From a bacterium (lineage in GTDB: Bacteria; SAR324; XYD2-FULL-50-16): DNA of 64,000 nt. Positions within the stretch are counted from its first letter, which is position 1; each line of letters begins with the position of its first letter. The stretch covers positions 32,001 to 96,000 of the forward strand of contig JAVVEA010000006.1 of the NCBI GenBank assembly GCA_032250835.1, written 5' to 3'. The translations under genes were made by a program, and so were the position numbers. Below are positions 60,152-64,000 of this stretch, piece by piece. The notes under the pieces were generated by a model. It ran no database searches. It was not told the DNA's origin and worked only from the letters and a program-made list of their open reading frames with translations.

Positions 60152-60552
60152 AATTCCGACAGAAGACCAAACCGAGCTTGGGGATTGAGATCACCCCGCT
60201 GATCGACGTGGTCTTTTTGCTGTTGATTTTCTTTATGATCAGCACCACCTTTGTGGCCCAACCGGGCATCCAGGTGGACCTGCCCCAAGCCAGCGCCCGG
60301 CCCGACGCCCAAAAGCCCGAATCTTTAGACCTGACGCTCACCAAAGAACACCGCATCTACTTAAACGGACAGGAACTTGCCCCAGACCAACTGTTAGCCC
60401 GCCTCAAGGCGGCACCGGGCGGAAAAGACCGCTCTTTGGTGATCCGCGCCGACGGACTGGCCCAACACCGGATGGTGGTTTTTGTGATGGACCAAGCCCA
60501 CCAAGCAGGCATCGGCAAACTGTCGGTGGCGACCATCGAACGGGAGCGCTAA
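60148..60552 (+). CDS. ExbD/TolR family protein
   Basis: ITPLIDVVFLLLIFFM; VIRAD. Confidence 0.92.
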   Translation: MKFRQKTKPSLGIEITPLIDVVFLLLIFFMISTTFVAQPGIQVDLPQASARPDAQKPESLDLTLTKEHRIYLNGQELAPDQLLARLKAAPGGKDRSLVIRADGLAQHRMVVFVMDQAHQAGIGKLSVATIERER

Positions 60553-61329
60553 ATGAAGCTCTCGGCGGCGATCATCACGCTGAACGAGGAGCGCAATCTG
60601 GCGGCCTGTCTGGACAGCCTGGACTTTTGTGATGAATGGGTGGTGGTGGACTCGCTCAGCCAAGACGCCACCTGCGAAATCGCTCGTTCCAAGGGGGCCA
60701 AGGTCATCGACCAAGCCTTTTTGGGCCATGTGCGGCAAAAGCAACTGGCCGTGGATTCCTGTAGCCACGACTGGGTTTTGTGTCTCGACGCCGACGAACG
60801 GATCAGCCCCGAATTGCGGGCCAGTATCTTAGCCTTAAAAAATCAAGAAGAGCCTGAATTGGCAGGTTATCAGGTCAACCGGCTGAGCTGGCATCTGGGC
60901 CGCTGGATCCGCCACGGCGGCTGGTACCCGGACCGCAATATTCGGCTCTTTGACCGCCGGCGCGGCCATTGGGCGGGCTATGACCCCCACGACAAGGTGG
61001 AGGTTGAGGGGCCGGTGGGCCTGCTAACCGGCGACCTGCACCATTATGTGTTCAAAGACTTGGCCCACAACGTGGCGACCAATAATTCTTATTCGGGCAT
61101 CATGGCCAAAGACTTGGCCCAGGCGGGCAAAGGTCCTAGTTTACTCAAGCTGCTCTTTAAGCCGCCCTGGAAATTTGTGGAATGTTATGTTCTTAAGGCA
61201 GGCTTTTTGGACGGCATGGCGGGCTTCATCATCGCCGTAGGGGCGGCTTATTCGCTCTTTTTAAAATTCGCTAAGCTTTGGGAACAGCAGACCCTTGATC
61301 CGGGGGACAGTGAACAGCCCCGAAAGTAA
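60553..61329 (+). CDS. Glycosyltransferase family 2 (WaaE/KdtX-like)
   Basis: IITLNEE, VVDSLSQD, LDADE, GFLDGMAG. Confidence 0.9.
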   Translation: MKLSAAIITLNEERNLAACLDSLDFCDEWVVVDSLSQDATCEIARSKGAKVIDQAFLGHVRQKQLAVDSCSHDWVLCLDADERISPELRASILALKNQEEPELAGYQVNRLSWHLGRWIRHGGWYPDRNIRLFDRRRGHWAGYDPHDKVEVEGPVGLLTGDLHHYVFKDLAHNVATNNSYSGIMAKDLAQAGKGPSLLKLLFKPPWKFVECYVLKAGFLDGMAGFIIAVGAAYSLFLKFAKLWEQQTLDPGDSEQPRK

Positions 61330-62380
61330 AGCCCAGGCGCTCTGCCGCTGGTTTGACCAAACCCAACGTCCGCTGCCCTGGCGGGCCGAATATGCCCCCT
61401 ATCAGGTCTGGATTAGCGAGATCATGGCCCAGCAGACCCGCATGGACCAGCTGATTCCCTATTACTTGCGGTGGATGAAAGCGCTGCCCGACATAGCCGC
61501 CCTGGCGGAGGTGCCTGAAGACCAACTGCTTAAGCTTTGGGAGGGTTTGGGTTACTACAACCGGGCCCGCAACTTAAAGCTAGCCGCCCAAAAGGTGATG
61601 GCCCAGGGCGGCAAATTGCCCATGGGCCGCAAGGAGCTTTTGGACCTGCCGGGCATCGGCCCCTATACCGCCGGAGCGATTCTTTCGATTGCCTTTAACC
61701 AGCCCGAACCCTTGATCGACGGGAATATCGAGCGGGTCTTGGCGCGGCTCTTGGACCTGGATATAAACCCCAAGACCGCCGCCGGCAAGCGCTACTTTGA
61801 AGCCGAAGTGGCGGCCCTGATGCGCGGCTTTGAGCCCCGTAAAGTGGCCCAGGGGTTGATGGAGCTAGGCGCGCTGGTCTGCTCGCCCACTAACCCCAAC
61901 TGCGGCGAATGCCCCTGGGGCGGTGACTGCTTGGCCCGCCAAAAGGGAACCATCGAGGCCCGCCCAGTCCTGCCGCCGCGCCCTGAAGGGATCAAAGAAA
62001 AGCGCTTGGTCTTGGTTTTAGAAGAGTCCGGCCAGTTTTACCTGCTGCCCCAACCCAAGGGAGCCCGCTGGGGCGGTATGGAATTGTTTTTGATGCCCTT
62101 GGTTGAACGCTGGCCCCAAGCCGAGGGCCTAACCGCCCACCTCCCCGAAGGCGTCGCGTTAGCCGGAACGCCCCAATATCTAGGCGAATTCAGGTATACG
62201 GTCACCAAATACCGCGTCCAAGCCCAAGCCTGGCGTATCCCCATAGACCGCCGCCCCTCTGGTGGCCTCTGGCTGAGTCTAGAAGAACTAGAAGCCCGCG
62301 CCCTACCCCGGCCCGGCGTAAAGACCCGGGAGTTGTTGCGGGGTGCGCTTAAGCCCCGCAATGCTGTTGCTGCGCTATAG
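61310..62380 (+). CDS. mutY: A/G-specific adenine glycosylase MutY
   Basis: WISEIMAQQT, WEGLGYYNRA, HhH LPGIGPYTA, DGN, Fe-S motif CSPTNPNCGECPWGGDC. Confidence 0.95.
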   Translation: MNSPESKAQALCRWFDQTQRPLPWRAEYAPYQVWISEIMAQQTRMDQLIPYYLRWMKALPDIAALAEVPEDQLLKLWEGLGYYNRARNLKLAAQKVMAQGGKLPMGRKELLDLPGIGPYTAGAILSIAFNQPEPLIDGNIERVLARLLDLDINPKTAAGKRYFEAEVAALMRGFEPRKVAQGLMELGALVCSPTNPNCGECPWGGDCLARQKGTIEARPVLPPRPEGIKEKRLVLVLEESGQFYLLPQPKGARWGGMELFLMPLVERWPQAEGLTAHLPEGVALAGTPQYLGEFRYTVTKYRVQAQAWRIPIDRRPSGGLWLSLEELEARALPRPGVKTRELLRGALKPRNAVAAL

Positions 62381-62689
62381 GGGTATCGAGAGATTGTCGC
62401 GCATAACCTGGGCCCATTTCGGAGCGCCGGGAACCTAATTTCTTCACAATCATCTTAAAATCACAATTTATTTTGCGATTTTCTACATTGCGTTGCTTTG
62501 TCATTAGATTTTGAATTCTCTATTTATTGCGAAATTCATGGTTTCAAGGGCAGGCGACTCGAATCAAACACTATTTTTATCTCAGCAGCTTGACAATAAA
62601 ATATCCCTGTGAAATAAGATAACCGCCTGCGGGATGATTCGATTCCCATGGGTTTTTATTGTTTCATTTAACTTTTCAAAAGAGGAAAT

Positions 62690-62725
62690 ATGTACCCACC
62701 TGTGATTAAGCCTGAGGCTAAATAA
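62690..62725 (+). CDS. 11-aa micro-ORF MYPPVIKPEAK, candidate RiPP precursor or leader peptide
   Basis: AAGAGGAAAT immediately before ATG; 11-bp hairpin follows; lies upstream of tailoring-enzyme-like genes. Confidence 0.45.
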   Translation: MYPPVIKPEAK

Positions 62726-62736
62726 ATAACCAATAG

Positions 62737-62764
62737 CGTTTAGAGGCAGTTCCGCCTCTAAACG
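62737..62764 (+). other. Perfect 11-bp stem-loop between the micro-ORF and the oxygenase
   Basis: CGTTTAGAGGC-AGTTCC-GCCTCTAAACG. Confidence 0.75.
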
Positions 62765-62788
62765 TCTTAATACATTAAAATTCGTGAA

Positions 62789-63406
62789 ATGAACAAGTTG
62801 TATGCAGATTTGCAGCACAGGTTCGATGCCGCTGGTTTTTTGATATTGAAGGGTTCCGAGTTTTATTCCGACGCCCAATGGGAAATTATTGACGGCTATT
62901 CAAATCAAGTCAGCTACGAATCAGTCCAGAAGGGGCTGCAGAAAGACTCCGAATACGCGGCACATGTTGGCCGTATTGTCCTTGATGGGCCCACACCATC
63001 GGGAGAATACCTTCAGATCAACGAACCCGAAAACCTAGCCGATTGCAGCACAGAGCTTTTATGGACGATACTCAATCCTCGAGTACTCGCCGTTACCAGC
63101 GCCATTGCCTCCATTGACATCCCCAAGGTTCAAAGGTGCCAATACAACCTATTGAGATCTGGGGACCATATCGGAAAACATATCGATGCGCTGCACGGTA
63201 TTCCCTATGACCTTACCTTTGTACTCGGTCTAGAAGGAGACTACCAAGGTGGGATTTTTCAGCTTTATGGCCAAACCAACAGTGAGGTCTTTTTCCATAA
63301 AATTTCAGAAAAAGACCTAATAATTTTTAAAAGCCCTTTGCTGCATTCTGTTACCAAAGTATCAAGCGGCAAGAGGAAAACTCTTTGCTTATTTTTGAAA
63401 AAATAA
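62789..63406 (+). CDS. 2OG-Fe(II) oxygenase (prolyl-hydroxylase-like)
   Basis: HID...YQGG...LLHSV...GKRKT, matching HxD...H...R. Confidence 0.85.
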   Translation: MNKLYADLQHRFDAAGFLILKGSEFYSDAQWEIIDGYSNQVSYESVQKGLQKDSEYAAHVGRIVLDGPTPSGEYLQINEPENLADCSTELLWTILNPRVLAVTSAIASIDIPKVQRCQYNLLRSGDHIGKHIDALHGIPYDLTFVLGLEGDYQGGIFQLYGQTNSEVFFHKISEKDLIIFKSPLLHSVTKVSSGKRKTLCLFLKK

Positions 63407-63422
63407 ACTGTACGAGGAACCC

Positions 63423-64000
63423 TTGGACTTTATAATTTTTGTTCCCTTCCCTGACTATTGCTTTAGTCAAGACCCCCCTTGTTTAGGCGCCGGAAGTATC
63501 TCTGGTTATTTGAGCAGCAAAGGCTATGAAGCTTCCGTGGTGCCGGTGACTAGTGCAGACCTCCCCAATATTTCTCAAAATCAATGTGATATTATCGGGA
63601 TCAGTATTCTTGAGGATTCTTGGGAACTGGCGCAAAATATCGCCGCAATTTATCAAGCTCAAGGTAGCAAGGTAATCGCAGGCGGCGTATTCACCTCAGT
63701 TTGCCCAGAGGAGGTACTGCAAAGCGGTCTTTTTGATGCAGTCTGTATTGGAGATGGGGAATTAATCGCTCAAGTGTTCATTGAGCAAATTATGTCTGGC
63801 AGGCACGAGAACCTTAAAGGTTTGGTCTGGAACGATAAATATTTGGTTTCTGAGGCTCAGGATTTTTCCTACAACATACAAGAGGATCTTTCGTTATTCC
63901 AAAGTTCGGATTTTGGCTACAAATCATTTTTACCCATTAGTTCCTATTCAGATACTTCTCGAGTCATCTTAACGCCCCCTTCAGGCGACGAAACCGGTGC
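63423..64000 (+). CDS. Cobalamin-binding domain protein, probably B12-dependent radical SAM (3'-truncated by window)
   Basis: Manual translation from TTG 63423 after a GAGGA RBS is open to the window end: PPCLGAGSISGYL...DIIGISIL...KVIAGGVFTSVCPEEVL...FDAVCIGDGE. Confidence 0.8.
   Translation, partial: MDFIIFVPFPDYCFSQDPPCLGAGSISGYLSSKGYEASVVPVTSADLPNISQNQCDIIGISILEDSWELAQNIAAIYQAQGSKVIAGGVFTSVCPEEVLQSGLFDAVCIGDGELIAQVFIEQIMSGRHENLKGLVWNDKYLVSEAQDFSYNIQEDLSLFQSSDFGYKSFLPISSYSDTSRVILTPPSGDETG

Noticed and set aside
63781-63972. 63-aa ORF in the track
   Set aside because: It is out of frame within the longer B12-binding ORF starting at 63423.

Overview
Bacterial chromosomal window, GC-rich over most of its length and clearly AT-richer from ~62.4 kb. 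Gene content suggests a Gram-negative, possibly delta/SAR324-like lineage, but this cannot be proven from the sequence. Left to right it carries: an AraC/GyrI regulator interrupted by an in-frame TGA; hypA and hupE/ureJ; a complete mrpABCDEFG antiporter operon; a methyltransferase-ATP-grasp fusion; a multi-PAS hybrid kinase with a REC-HK partner; glycan-modification-like genes; a PAS-GGDEF protein; an ADC-like/FAD oxidoreductase fusion; and an RCC1-repeat lipoprotein. The middle and right hold nine tRNAs, tig-clpP-clpX, rph, M16 and S41 peptidases, bioD-like, ribF, carAB, mtaB, mutL, der, exbBD-like, a GT2 and mutY, then the start of an AT-rich island. The best leads are: (i) an unannotated 11-aa ORF (MYPPVIKPEAK) with RBS and hairpin heading a 2OG-Fe(II) oxygenase and a B12-binding (radical SAM-type) gene, a candidate RiPP cluster; (ii) a ClpP in the canonical tig-clpP-clpX operon whose catalytic Ser and His are replaced; (iii) a ~187-nt nested-stem intergenic RNA candidate; (iv) a 29-aa hydrophobic peptide gene with a palindromic operator and structured leader, resembling a type I toxin. 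No CRISPR array, rRNA, integrase or transposase was seen.
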